Source: Lysobacterales bacterium
GTDB lineage: Bacteria; Pseudomonadota; Gammaproteobacteria; Xanthomonadales; Xanthomonadaceae
Direction: 5' to 3'
DNA length: 64,000 nucleotides
NCBI GenBank assembly: GCA_038235185.1
Contig: JBBSUF010000001.1
Location: forward strand, 947-64,946
The translations under genes and the position numbers were made by a program. Shown here in pieces: positions 1 through 9,226 of the stretch (position 1 is its first letter; each line of letters starts with the position of its first letter). The notes below the pieces were generated by a model, which ran no database searches, was not told the DNA's origin, and saw only the letters and a program-made list of their open reading frames with translations.

Positions 1-54
1 CGGACCTTGCGACGTCAGGGTCAGCCCGGACGGGCAGATCCCTGACTACAACAT

Positions 55-128
55 AGCCCCGTAGCCAAGCGGTAAGGCACCTGACTCTGACTCAGGCATC
101 GGTGGTTCGAATCCATCCGGGGCTGCCA
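55..128 (+). tRNA. tRNA-Gln (anticodon CUG)
   Basis: Cloverleaf: acceptor AGCCCCG/CGGGGCT, D-arm GCCAAGCGGTAAGGC, anticodon stem CCTGA/TCAGG with loop CT-CTG-AC, T-loop GGTTCGAATCC, encoded 3' CCA. Confidence 0.97.
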
Positions 129-149
129 CATCAAGCCTTGCAGTACTGT

Positions 150-175
150 AAAAGCCCGCCTCGTGCGGGTTTTTG
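150..175 (+). terminator. Intrinsic terminator after tRNA-Gln
   Basis: AAAAGCCCGC-CTCGT-GCGGGTTTTT hairpin with T-tract. Confidence 0.75.
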
Positions 176-210
176 CTTTGCCGGCCCCACCACATCGCAG
201 GAGAGCACCC

Positions 211-945
211 ATGGTTGCCAGCCTTGCAGCGCCGTTCACTTCGGTTGATGGGTTGGCTCCGCGGATGCGCGATTGCGGTTACGCGGTGCTGACACCGGAC
301 AGCGTCACGCAATTGTGTGGCGTCGGTTTCGCGTCGCTCGATGCCTTGCACGACAGTTGGGACGATCTCGCCCCCGATCTTTATCTCAAGGATGGCGGCC
401 ATTACCGCCGGCGCCGGCATTCGTGCTTCGTGGTCGAAGAAAGCCGCGTGCTGCACACCCCGCATCGCGCGCATTGGCAATCCGAGGAATACAACGCCCT
501 GCATGGCGGCATGCGTCGCTGGTTCGAGCCGATTCGCGACGACCTGATGGCGAATCCAGCGTGGTCGCAGGTGCTGGGCTCGCTGGCCAGCCTGTTTTCG
601 CAACTGCAGCCCGAGCCGCGCTGGTATGTCGAGGCACACCAGTTCCGCATCGATACCAGCGAAGGCATCGGCCGGCCGACGCCGGAAGGCGCGCATCGCG
701 ACGGCGTGGATTTTGTCGCGGTGTTCCTGATCGAGCGGGTTGGCATCAAAGGTGGGGAAACCCGCGTATTCGAGGCGACCGGCCCAAATGGCCAGCGTTT
801 CACGCTGCTGCAGCCGTGGTCGCTACTACTGCTGGACGACACCCGCGTCATCCATGAATCGACACCGATACAGCCACTGGATAATCACGGTCATCGAGAC
901 ACGTTGGTGCTGACGTTCCGTGCCGGTGGTTTTCAAGGGGATTGA
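211..945 (+). CDS. 2OG-Fe(II) dioxygenase family protein (2OG-Fe_Oxy_2/BsmA-like)
   Basis: PTPEGAHRDGVD (HxD), distal H in IHESTP, RDTLVLTF; AGGAG upstream of ATG 211. Confidence 0.8.
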   Translation: MVASLAAPFTSVDGLAPRMRDCGYAVLTPDSVTQLCGVGFASLDALHDSWDDLAPDLYLKDGGHYRRRRHSCFVVEESRVLHTPHRAHWQSEEYNALHGGMRRWFEPIRDDLMANPAWSQVLGSLASLFSQLQPEPRWYVEAHQFRIDTSEGIGRPTPEGAHRDGVDFVAVFLIERVGIKGGETRVFEATGPNGQRFTLLQPWSLLLLDDTRVIHESTPIQPLDNHGHRDTLVLTFRAGGFQGD

Positions 946-990
946 ACAGCGGCGGTACAATTGCGACAGCAAATACCGGGCACACACACG

Positions 991-1980
991 ATGAAATTGG
1001 CTTCATTGAAAGAAGGCGGCCGGGACGGCACGCTGATCGTCGTCTCGCGCGACCTCTTGCACGGCGTACGCGCCACCGGGATTGCACCGACGCTGCAGCG
1101 TGCGCTGGAAGACTGGTCGAACCTCGCGCCACGCCTGGTGGCATTGTCCGATGCGCTCAACGACGGCAGCGCCGATGGCGCCTTCGACATCGACACGGCG
1201 CAGTTGGCCGCGCCGCTGCCGCGCGCGTATGAATTCGTCGACGGCAGCGCGTACTTGCCACATGTGGCGCGCGTGCGTCGCGCCCGTGGCGCCGAGGTGC
1301 CGGAGAGTTTCTACACGGATCCGCTGATGTACCAGGCAACCAGCGCGGGGTTCATGGGGCCGCGCGATCCCGTGCGAGTCGCCGATGAAAGCCATGGCAT
1401 CGATCTGGAAGCCGAGATCGTGATCGTTACCGACGACGTGCCGATGGCGGTGACCCCGGAGCAGGCCGCCTCGCATATCCAGTTGATCGGCCTGGTCAAT
1501 GACGTCTCGCTGCGCAACCTAATCCCGGGTGAGCTGGCGAAGGGATTCGGTTTCCTGCAGTCCAAGCCGCGCTCGGCGTTGTCGCCGGTGTTCGTGACGC
1601 CTGACGAGCTCGGTGACGCATGGCGCGGCAGCAAACTGCACTTGCCGTTGGTGACCCATGTCAATGGCGAGTGGTTCGGTGCGCCCGAAGCCGGCGTCGA
1701 TATGCAATTCGATTTTTCGCAGTTGCTGGCGCACGTGGCAAAAACGCGACCGGTGTCGGCAGGAACGATTATCGGCTCAGGCACTATCGCTAACGAGGAC
1801 ACCAGCAAGGGAGCGTCATGCTTCGCCGAAAAGCGCACCGTCGAGACTCTGGAACACGGCAAGCCGCGGACGCCTTTCATGTCCTTCGGCGACCTGGTGC
1901 GGATCGAAATGCTGGATGGCGCGGGCAAGAGCATTTTTGGCGCCATCGAACAGCGCATCGAACGCCAGCCGTTGCCGTGA
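991..1980 (+). CDS. Fumarylacetoacetate hydrolase family protein
   Basis: MKLASLKEGGRDG start, DLEAE, NDVSLRNLIPGELAKGFGFLQSKP, GSGT; adjacent to maiA. Confidence 0.9.
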   Translation: MKLASLKEGGRDGTLIVVSRDLLHGVRATGIAPTLQRALEDWSNLAPRLVALSDALNDGSADGAFDIDTAQLAAPLPRAYEFVDGSAYLPHVARVRRARGAEVPESFYTDPLMYQATSAGFMGPRDPVRVADESHGIDLEAEIVIVTDDVPMAVTPEQAASHIQLIGLVNDVSLRNLIPGELAKGFGFLQSKPRSALSPVFVTPDELGDAWRGSKLHLPLVTHVNGEWFGAPEAGVDMQFDFSQLLAHVAKTRPVSAGTIIGSGTIANEDTSKGASCFAEKRTVETLEHGKPRTPFMSFGDLVRIEMLDGAGKSIFGAIEQRIERQPLP

Positions 1981-2109
1981 TCGGGGCGTCTGAACCGTCC
2001 GACGGCCGGTTCGCGCGACCGACGGTCGGCTGGGCGGTCACTTGCCGGGCTAAGGTGCCAGCTGCGGCGCTGACGACAGGCGCCACCGCATGGGGAGCGG
2101 AAGGACGCA

Positions 2110-2769
2110 ATGGTGATTGAAAAGCTGTGCCTGTTTTCCTATTGGCGCTCCAGCGCCGCCTACCGCGTGCGGATCGGCCTCAACCTGAAAGGGCTGGCCT
2201 ATGACATCGCGCCCGTGCATCTGTTGCGCGATGGCGGCGAGCAGCACAGCGATGAGTTCAAGGTCACCAATCCGCAGCAGTTGATTCCCGTGCTGCAGCA
2301 TGGACACCGCATGTTGCGGCAGTCGGTGGCGATCCTGGAATACCTGGACGAAATGTGGCCGGCGCCGATGCTGCTGCCGGCGACCGCGCGCGAACGCCAG
2401 CGCGTGCGCGCCCTGGCGCAGCTGATCGCCTGCGACATCCATCCACTCAATAACCTGCGTGTGCTGCAGTATTTCGAGCGCGACTGGGGCGTGCCCCAGC
2501 CCGAACGCGATGTGTGGATGCGGCACTGGATGGTCGAAGGCCTGTCCGCCTTCGAGGCGATGCTGCTCGATCACCCGTCAACCGGCACCTTCTGTGACGG
2601 TAATGCGCCAACGATTGCCGATTGCTGCCTGATCCCTCAGCTCTACAACGCACGCCGGTTCGCCATCGACATGTCGCCATATCCGACGATCATGCGGATC
2701 GAGGCAGCCTGCCTTGCGCTACCCGCATTCGACGCCGCACGGCCGGAGAGGCAGCCCGACGCGCCCTAG
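2110..2769 (+). CDS. maiA: Maleylacetoacetate isomerase (zeta-class GST)
   Basis: YWRSSAAYRVRIGLNLKGL, QSVAILEYLDE, CDIHPLNNLRVL, C-terminal PERQPDA. Confidence 0.93.
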   Translation: MVIEKLCLFSYWRSSAAYRVRIGLNLKGLAYDIAPVHLLRDGGEQHSDEFKVTNPQQLIPVLQHGHRMLRQSVAILEYLDEMWPAPMLLPATARERQRVRALAQLIACDIHPLNNLRVLQYFERDWGVPQPERDVWMRHWMVEGLSAFEAMLLDHPSTGTFCDGNAPTIADCCLIPQLYNARRFAIDMSPYPTIMRIEAACLALPAFDAARPERQPDAP

Positions 2770-2798
2770 TGCTTCATGGCGCGCGTTGCACTGCTGGC

Positions 2799-3917
2799 TC
2801 AGTGCTGGCTTGACGCGGTCGAGAAGACCTCGGCATACGGATCATGTTCGCCGCTCGAACCTTCGGACAGGCGGAATTTCAGCGCCAGCCCATCGCGTGA
2901 ATCGGCGGCGCGCAAGGCTTCCTCGCGTTCGACCCGGCCTTCCTTGTACATGCGGAACAGGCACTGGTCGAAACTTTCCATGCCCGACTCGAGGGATTCC
3001 TCCATGGCCTGCTTCAGTTCGTGGATCTGGCCGCGACGCAGCAGGTCGCGGATCATCGGCGTGTTGATCAGGATTTCAGCCGCGGGCAGGCGGCGGCCAT
3101 CGACTCCTACCACCAGCCGCTGCGACACGACCGCCTTGAGGTTCAGCGCGAGGTTCATCAACACGTTTTTGTGCGCGCCCTCGGGGAAGAAGTTGAGGAT
3201 GCGCTCGATGGTCTGGTCGGCGTTGTTGGAATGCAGGGTCGCCAGGCAGATGTGCCCGGTCTCGGCGAAGGCGATCGCCGCTTCCATCGTCGTGGCGTCG
3301 AGGATTTCGCCGATCAGGATCACGTCCGGCGCTTCGCGCATCGCGTTCTTGAGCGCGTTGTGGAACGCGTGGGTATCGATGCCCACTTCGCGCTGGTTGA
3401 CGATCGACTGCTTGTGCTTGTGCAGGTATTCGATCGGGTCCTCGATGGTGAGGATGTGACCGGTGCTGCTGGAATTGCGGTGATCAATCATCGAGGCCAG
3501 CGTGGTGGACTTGCCCGAGCCGGTGGAGCCCACGATCAGCACCAGCCCGCGCGGGGCCATGATGATGTCCTTGAGTACCTGCGGCAGCTGCAGCTCCTCG
3601 ATCGAGGGGATCACGCTGCGGATCGCGCGTATCACCATGCCCACCTCGCCGCGCTGCTTGAACACATTGATGCGGAAGCGCCCCGAGTCCTGCAGCGCCA
3701 ACGCCATGTTGAGTTCAAGGTCGCGCTCGAACATTGGCACCTGGCCTTCGTCCATCAGTGAATAGGCGATCTTCTTGACCATGCCGGGCGGCAGGCCCGT
3801 GCTTCCCAGCGCGTGCAGCGTGCCTTCAACCTTGATGTACACCGGCGCGCCGGTGGTCAGGAACATGTCGGAGGCGTTTTTCTCCGTCATCAGCTTCAGG
3901 AAATAGCCGATATCCAT
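2799..3917 (-). CDS. pilU: PilT/PilU-family type IV pilus retraction ATPase (PilU-like)
   Basis: Walker A GSTGSGKSTT, TIEDPIE, QREVG, REAPDVILIGEI, TGH..LATLH. Confidence 0.85.
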   Translation of the reverse strand: MDIGYFLKLMTEKNASDMFLTTGAPVYIKVEGTLHALGSTGLPPGMVKKIAYSLMDEGQVPMFERDLELNMALALQDSGRFRINVFKQRGEVGMVIRAIRSVIPSIEELQLPQVLKDIIMAPRGLVLIVGSTGSGKSTTLASMIDHRNSSSTGHILTIEDPIEYLHKHKQSIVNQREVGIDTHAFHNALKNAMREAPDVILIGEILDATTMEAAIAFAETGHICLATLHSNNADQTIERILNFFPEGAHKNVLMNLALNLKAVVSQRLVVGVDGRRLPAAEILINTPMIRDLLRRGQIHELKQAMEESLESGMESFDQCLFRMYKEGRVEREEALRAADSRDGLALKFRLSEGSSGEHDPYAEVFSTASSQH

Positions 3918-4010
3918 TCATCCACCCCTCAATAAAGATGCCATCGTTGCAGACAACGCAGAACCTGATGAAAATGACCGCGCGTCGCCCCTCCGCCACA
4001 CGGCACCCCG

Positions 4011-5063
4011 ATGAATCGAAGCTTCGCACATAAGTCCTGCGCCCGGCAGGCCCTCCCAACGCGGATCACGCAACTGCTGTTGCCGCTGGCTTCAATGGCC
4101 CTGCTGGGCGCGTGTGCGACGCTGCCGCCGCCCACCAGCGAATTGGCGGCAGCGCAGGAGGCGGTGGCGCATGCGGCCGGGGTTGATGCCGATCAGTACG
4201 CCGGCGACACGATCACGCAAGCGCGCAGCGAGTTGAGCCAGGCCCAGGCCGCCATGGCAAAGGGACGGGACGACGATGCGCGTGCGTTGGCAGTTGCCGC
4301 CGCGAGCGACGCCGAGCTCGCCAGCGCGACCAGCGTTGCGGCCACCACCCGCGCCGAATACATACAGCATCGCAACGAAATTGCTGAACTCCACCAGCGG
4401 CTGCAAATCCCTGGCGAGACTGCCCCGCCAAGCGCGCTGGATGCATCGGGACCGATAACCCCCATGGTCCCGCCAGCTGTTGGCACCCTAGGTGCAGGCG
4501 CGGAAGCTGCCGCCGTGGTGGGACGGTTACAGGCGCTGGAAGCCGATCCGCGCTTGAACGTCTTCGCCGCGTATGAACGATTGCGTGCGCACCAGGCGGT
4601 CGATGCGATTCCTGCCGCCGGGAAGCGTGGCCGCGACAACGCCACGCGCATTGCCGAGCGCCGGGTGTCCATTGCCGAACTTGCCGCGCGCACCGAGGCC
4701 ACGCGTCGCGAGATCGACCGCCTTGAGCGTGAGCGCAGCGAATTGCTGGTGGAAGCCAGCCGCCAGGACGCCGAGCGCGCCCGCCAGGAAGCCGAACAGC
4801 TGCGCGTGCAGGCGCAGGTCCAGGCCGAGGAAACGCAACGCCTGCGCGCCCAGGCCGACGCTGCGGCTGCTGCCCAGCAGCAGGCCGAGAACGTGATCGT
4901 CGATGTGACCAACGACCAGACGGCGAAGCTTGCGGCCGCCAAGGACAAGGAGGCGGCGCTGGCCCGTCAGGAAGCCGACCTGCTGGCCGGTAAGTCCGCA
5001 TCTGCTGCCAAGCCGAAGCCTGCTCGGCACCCCAAACCTGCCGCCAAGAAAAAGTCCAATTAA
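4011..5063 (+). CDS. DUF4398-like coiled-coil lipoprotein
   Basis: Lipobox LLGAC, Ala/Glu/Gln-rich helical segments (AAGVDADQYA...ARSEL), Lys/Pro-rich tail; start uncertain. Confidence 0.65.
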   Translation: MNRSFAHKSCARQALPTRITQLLLPLASMALLGACATLPPPTSELAAAQEAVAHAAGVDADQYAGDTITQARSELSQAQAAMAKGRDDDARALAVAAASDAELASATSVAATTRAEYIQHRNEIAELHQRLQIPGETAPPSALDASGPITPMVPPAVGTLGAGAEAAAVVGRLQALEADPRLNVFAAYERLRAHQAVDAIPAAGKRGRDNATRIAERRVSIAELAARTEATRREIDRLERERSELLVEASRQDAERARQEAEQLRVQAQVQAEETQRLRAQADAAAAAQQQAENVIVDVTNDQTAKLAAAKDKEAALARQEADLLAGKSASAAKPKPARHPKPAAKKKSN

Positions 5064-5393
5064 ATCAATAACTTACTGTCAATGCTGCGACTGCCTGTTC
5101 CGTCCGCCAGGCGCGGTGGATTTCAGATCGAAGCGCTTGCCGGTGCCCGCCCGGGGGAGTAGGGTCAGAGTTGCAGGCAGACCGTCAATTCCCCGTCGCC
5201 TGGCAACGCCAGTGAGCTGATGACCGACGCATTCGACCAAGCACGCACCATCGCAGGCATGCCCAGTTCCGGCATGCGTCATAAGCGGCTTGGGCGTGGG
5301 CCGGCTTCCTCACACGTTCCCCCGCAACGCCCAGCCTGGCTGGACAGCCGGCCTGAGCGTCAAGCTTTGATGACCCATGCTGAAGGAGGTTCC

Positions 5394-5612
5394 ATGTTCG
5401 AAGGGCAATCCCAGACAGATGTCGACGCATTGATCCAAGGCAACTCCGAGTTCAAGCAGCTGTACCAACGCCACAAGCAACTCGACAAGCAGGTACTGGA
5501 CGCAGAACTCGGCGTGCTGCCGATCGACGACACCACGCTGATGCAGATGAAGCGCGAAAAACTCGCCGCCAAGGATCGTCTCACCCGTCTTTATGACGTC
5601 CTGCATCACTGA
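5394..5612 (+). CDS. YdcH/DUF465 family small protein
   Basis: AAGGAGG RBS before ATG 5394; FKQLYQRHKQLDKQV...MKREKLAAKDRL. Confidence 0.82.
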   Translation: MFEGQSQTDVDALIQGNSEFKQLYQRHKQLDKQVLDAELGVLPIDDTTLMQMKREKLAAKDRLTRLYDVLHH

Positions 5613-5629
5613 CGCATCTCTTTTTTCCG

Positions 5630-5673
5630 TCGCGGGCGGCGGCGACCTCCTCGTCGATCGCCGCCGCCCGCGA
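5630..5673. promoter_or_regulatory. Perfect 16-bp GC-rich inverted repeat between the ydcH-like gene and cbs
   Basis: TCGCGGGCGGCGGCGA ...12 nt... TCGCCGCCGCCCGCGA; no T-tract immediately after it. Confidence 0.5.
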
Positions 5674-5737
5674 GCTGTACTGACTTTTCTGCACCACACC
5701 AACGATACTCGCGCTCTCGCCGCCACCGCGACCGCGC

Positions 5738-7108
5738 ATGACCATCCATCAATCCGTCCTCGCCCTCGTCGGTGAGACGCCCATCGTCCAGGCGCAGCAT
5801 CTCGATGCCGGTCCCTGCACGCTGTACCTGAAGCTCGAAAGCCAGAACCCGGGCGGGTCGATCAAGGACCGCATCGGTCTGTCGATGATCGAAGCGGCCG
5901 AGAAGCGCGGCGACATCAAGCCCGGCGACACGCTAGTGGAAGGTACTGCCGGCAATACCGGGATTGGCCTGGCGCTGGTGGCTCAGCAGAAGGGTTACAA
6001 ACTCATCCTGGTCGTCCCGGACAAGATGAGCCGCGAAAAAATCTTCAACCTGAAGGCAATGGGCGCCCGGGTGGTGCTGACGCGATCGGATGTCGCCAAG
6101 GGCCATCCGGACTACTACCAGGACCTCGCCGCGAAGATCGCCAGCGACACGCCCGGCGCGTACTTCATCAATCAGTTCGGCAATCCGGATAATCCGGCTG
6201 CGCATGAATTTGGTACGGGTCCGGAAATCCTGCGACAGATGGATGGCGACCTCGACGCGATCGTGTTCGGTTGTGGCAGCTCGGGCACGATGACCGGGCT
6301 ATCGCGCTGCTTCGCGCAGTACTCGCCGAAAACTGAACTGATCCTCGCCGATCCCGTCGGTTCGATCCTGGCCGAGTACATCAACGAAGGAACGCTCAGC
6401 GAGAAATCCGCGAGCTGGCTGGTCGAAGGCATCGGCGAGGATTTCCTGCCGCCCATCTCCGATTTTTCACGGGTCACGCAGGCGTATGCCATCAGCGACA
6501 AGGAAAGCTTCCTTACTGCGCGCGAGCTGCTGGAAAAGGAAGGCATCCTCGGTGGCTCATCGACCGGCACGCTGCTCGCCGCCGCGCTGAAATACTGTCG
6601 CACGCAGACCACGCCAAAACGCGTACTGGTGTTTGTCTGTGACACCGGCAACAAGTACCTGTCGAAGCTGTACAACGACTTCTGGATGCTGGATAACGGC
6701 TTCCTGGAACGCCAGCAACACGGCGACCTGCGCGACCTGATCCTGCGTCCATTTTCGCAGCGCGATACGGTCGTCGTTGGTCCCAACGACCTGCTGGTGA
6801 CGGCGTACCAGCGGATGAAGCTGTACGACGTCTCGCAGTTGCCAGTGATGGAGGGCGACGACCTCGTCGGCATGGTCGACGAGTCGGACGTGCTGCTGCA
6901 TGTCTACGGCGACGAGACGCGTTTCCGCGATCCAGTGTCGACGGCGATGGTGAGCAAGCTTGACCGTCTGGACGTCAAGTCGTCGATCGAGGCGCTGCTG
7001 CCGGTGTTCGATCGCGGCCACGTCGCCATCGTCACCGACGGGGCGAAATTCCTCGGACTGATCACCCGGATCGACCTGCTCAACTACCTGCGCAGGCGCG
7101 TCCAGTAA
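5738..7108 (+). CDS. cbs: Cystathionine beta-synthase (PLP-dependent, C-terminal CBS domains)
   Basis: KLESQNPGGSIKDR (PLP lysine), TAGNTG, GCGSSGT, EGIGEDF, C-terminal CBS pair. Confidence 0.92.
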   Translation: MTIHQSVLALVGETPIVQAQHLDAGPCTLYLKLESQNPGGSIKDRIGLSMIEAAEKRGDIKPGDTLVEGTAGNTGIGLALVAQQKGYKLILVVPDKMSREKIFNLKAMGARVVLTRSDVAKGHPDYYQDLAAKIASDTPGAYFINQFGNPDNPAAHEFGTGPEILRQMDGDLDAIVFGCGSSGTMTGLSRCFAQYSPKTELILADPVGSILAEYINEGTLSEKSASWLVEGIGEDFLPPISDFSRVTQAYAISDKESFLTARELLEKEGILGGSSTGTLLAAALKYCRTQTTPKRVLVFVCDTGNKYLSKLYNDFWMLDNGFLERQQHGDLRDLILRPFSQRDTVVVGPNDLLVTAYQRMKLYDVSQLPVMEGDDLVGMVDESDVLLHVYGDETRFRDPVSTAMVSKLDRLDVKSSIEALLPVFDRGHVAIVTDGAKFLGLITRIDLLNYLRRRVQ

Positions 7109-7165
7109 CCGGGTTTGCAAGGTGCGGATGATAGAATCGGGGCTGCGTTTCCACGGTTGATCCAC

Positions 7166-8356
7166 ATGAATGACTCACACGACGGCGGCTCGACAACGTC
7201 GCGTCCGGGCCTCGGTACGCTCGCCATCCATGGCGGCCAGTCGGTCGATCCATCGACCGGCGCGGTGATGGTGCCGATCTACGCGACCAGCACCTATGCC
7301 CAGTCCAGTCCCGGCGTGCACCAGGGCTTCGAATATTCGCGCACGCACAATCCGACGCGTTTCGCTTACGAGCGATGCGTGGCGTCGCTGGAAGGTGGCA
7401 CCCGCGGCTTCGCGTTCGCGTCCGGACTTGCCGCTACGTCCACGCTGCTGGACCTGCTCGACAGCGGCGATCATGTCGTGGCCATGGACGACGTCTACGG
7501 CGGCACCTATCGCCTGTTCGAACGCGTGCGCCGGCGCAGCGCGGGGCTGGATTTCAGTTTCGTCGACCTGACCGACCCTGCGGCATTCGAAGCGTCGATC
7601 AAGCCGAACACGAAGCTCGTCTGGATCGAGACGCCAACCAATCCCACGCTGAAGATCGTCGATATCTCAGCCATCTCGGCACTCGCGCGCAAGCACGGAC
7701 TGATGGTGGTGGTCGACAACACGTTTGCATCCCCCATCCTGCAGCGCCCGCTTGAACATGGCGCCGACGTCGTCGTGCATTCGGCGACCAAATATCTCAA
7801 CGGCCACTCCGACATGGTCGGCGGCATGGTGGTGGTCGGCGACAACGCGGAACTCGCCGAACAACTGGCGTTCCTGCAGAATTCGGTCGGCGCCATCCAG
7901 GGGCCGTTCGACAGCTTCCTCGCACTGCGCGGATTGAAGACACTGCACCTGCGCATGCGTGCTCACTGCGAGAACGCGCAGGTGCTGGCGGAATTCCTCT
8001 CTGCGCATCCGGCGATCGACAAGGTCGTCTATCCGGGCCTTGAATCCCATCCGCAACATGCGCTTGCCGCACGACAGATGGATGGCTTCGGCGGCATCGT
8101 CTCGATCTGGCTGAAAGGCGGTTTCGAGGCTGCGAAGCATTTTTGCGAACGCACCGAATTGTTCACGCTTGCCGAGTCGTTGGGCGGCGTCGAAAGCCTG
8201 GTCAACCATCCTGCGGTGATGACCCATGCCTCCGTGCCCATCGAGCGGCGCGCTGCTCTTGGAATTGACGACAACCTGGTGCGGCTCAGCGTTGGTGTGG
8301 AAGCGCTTGATGACCTTTGTAACGAATTGACAGTCGTGTTGGATTCTCTGCGTTGA
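7166..8356 (+). CDS. metB: Cystathionine gamma-synthase/gamma-lyase
   Basis: YSRTHNPTR, ETPTNP, VDNTF, HSATKYLNGHSD, AESLGGVESL. Confidence 0.92.
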   Translation: MNDSHDGGSTTSRPGLGTLAIHGGQSVDPSTGAVMVPIYATSTYAQSSPGVHQGFEYSRTHNPTRFAYERCVASLEGGTRGFAFASGLAATSTLLDLLDSGDHVVAMDDVYGGTYRLFERVRRRSAGLDFSFVDLTDPAAFEASIKPNTKLVWIETPTNPTLKIVDISAISALARKHGLMVVVDNTFASPILQRPLEHGADVVVHSATKYLNGHSDMVGGMVVVGDNAELAEQLAFLQNSVGAIQGPFDSFLALRGLKTLHLRMRAHCENAQVLAEFLSAHPAIDKVVYPGLESHPQHALAARQMDGFGGIVSIWLKGGFEAAKHFCERTELFTLAESLGGVESLVNHPAVMTHASVPIERRAALGIDDNLVRLSVGVEALDDLCNELTVVLDSLR

Positions 8357-8359
8357 CTC

Positions 8360-9226
8360 ATGGACGAATCCGGACTCGCATTGCAATTGCAGCATAGGCG
8401 TGAGCCTGTATTACGCCCCGTCCATTGGCTGGCAGCTCCGTTTGCCGCGTTTTTCCGGCATCGCGATCTGACCCGGGAATTAACCAAGCGCGAGATCCTG
8501 GGACGTTACCGGGGGGCAAGTTTTGGCTTGCTGTGGTCGCTGTTCAACCCGCTGCTGGTCCTGGCGGTCTATACGGTTGCCTTTGGCGGCATCCTGAAAA
8601 GCCGATGGCCGCAGCAGGGCAGTCATGACGTGCCATTCGGCCTCATCATTTTTGTCGGCATCATCGTCCATGGACTGTTTGCCGAGTGTTTTACGATCGC
8701 TCCGCGGCTGATGGTGCAGAACGCGAACTATGTCAAAAAGGTCGTCTTTCCGCTCGATCTTCTGGTTTGGCCACTGGTCTTGTCGGCGCTGTTCCATACG
8801 CTGATGAGTTCGGTGGTGTTCCTGCTGCTGGGGGCTTTCATATATGGGCATTTTTCGCCGCTCGCGATCCTGCTGCCTGTTGTCTTGGTGCCGCTGGTGT
8901 TGTTGACCGTAGCAGTGTGCTGGGTCGTTGCCAGTCTGGGCGTTTATTTCCGCGATATCGGGTTGGTGACGCCGGTGGTGTCCACGGCATTGTTCTTCCT
9001 GTCGTCCGCAATTGTCCCGCTGCAATCGGTGCCACCGCACTTCCGGATTTTCTTTCAGCTCAACCCGCTGACTTTCTTCATCGACCAGGCGCGAATGGTA
9101 ACGCTCTGGGGCCAGTGGCCCGACTGGGTTCAGCTCGGCAAATACTTGTTGATCGCAGTTGTCGCCTGTTATTTGGCCAACATGTGGTTCCGCAAGGTCA
9201 GCAAGGGATTTGCGGATGTCCTCTGA
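8360..9226 (+). CDS. wzm: O-antigen/polysaccharide ABC transporter permease Wzm
   Basis: REILGRYRGASFGLLWSLFNPL, NYVKKVVFP, LGVYFRDI, LNPL, GFADVL end; overlaps the start of wzt. Confidence 0.93.
   Translation: MDESGLALQLQHRREPVLRPVHWLAAPFAAFFRHRDLTRELTKREILGRYRGASFGLLWSLFNPLLVLAVYTVAFGGILKSRWPQQGSHDVPFGLIIFVGIIVHGLFAECFTIAPRLMVQNANYVKKVVFPLDLLVWPLVLSALFHTLMSSVVFLLLGAFIYGHFSPLAILLPVVLVPLVLLTVAVCWVVASLGVYFRDIGLVTPVVSTALFFLSSAIVPLQSVPPHFRIFFQLNPLTFFIDQARMVTLWGQWPDWVQLGKYLLIAVVACYLANMWFRKVSKGFADVL

Noticed and set aside
55-200. tRNA-Gln as an integration site for an island or prophage
   Set aside because: No integrase follows it, I saw no duplicated tRNA 3' end, and the downstream genes are ordinary metabolic genes
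5738-8356. cbs-metB as a dedicated sulfur or SAM supply for the glycan locus
   Set aside because: This pair is the conserved left border of the locus in xanthomonads whatever the O-antigen type, so adjacency is not evidence of a functional link
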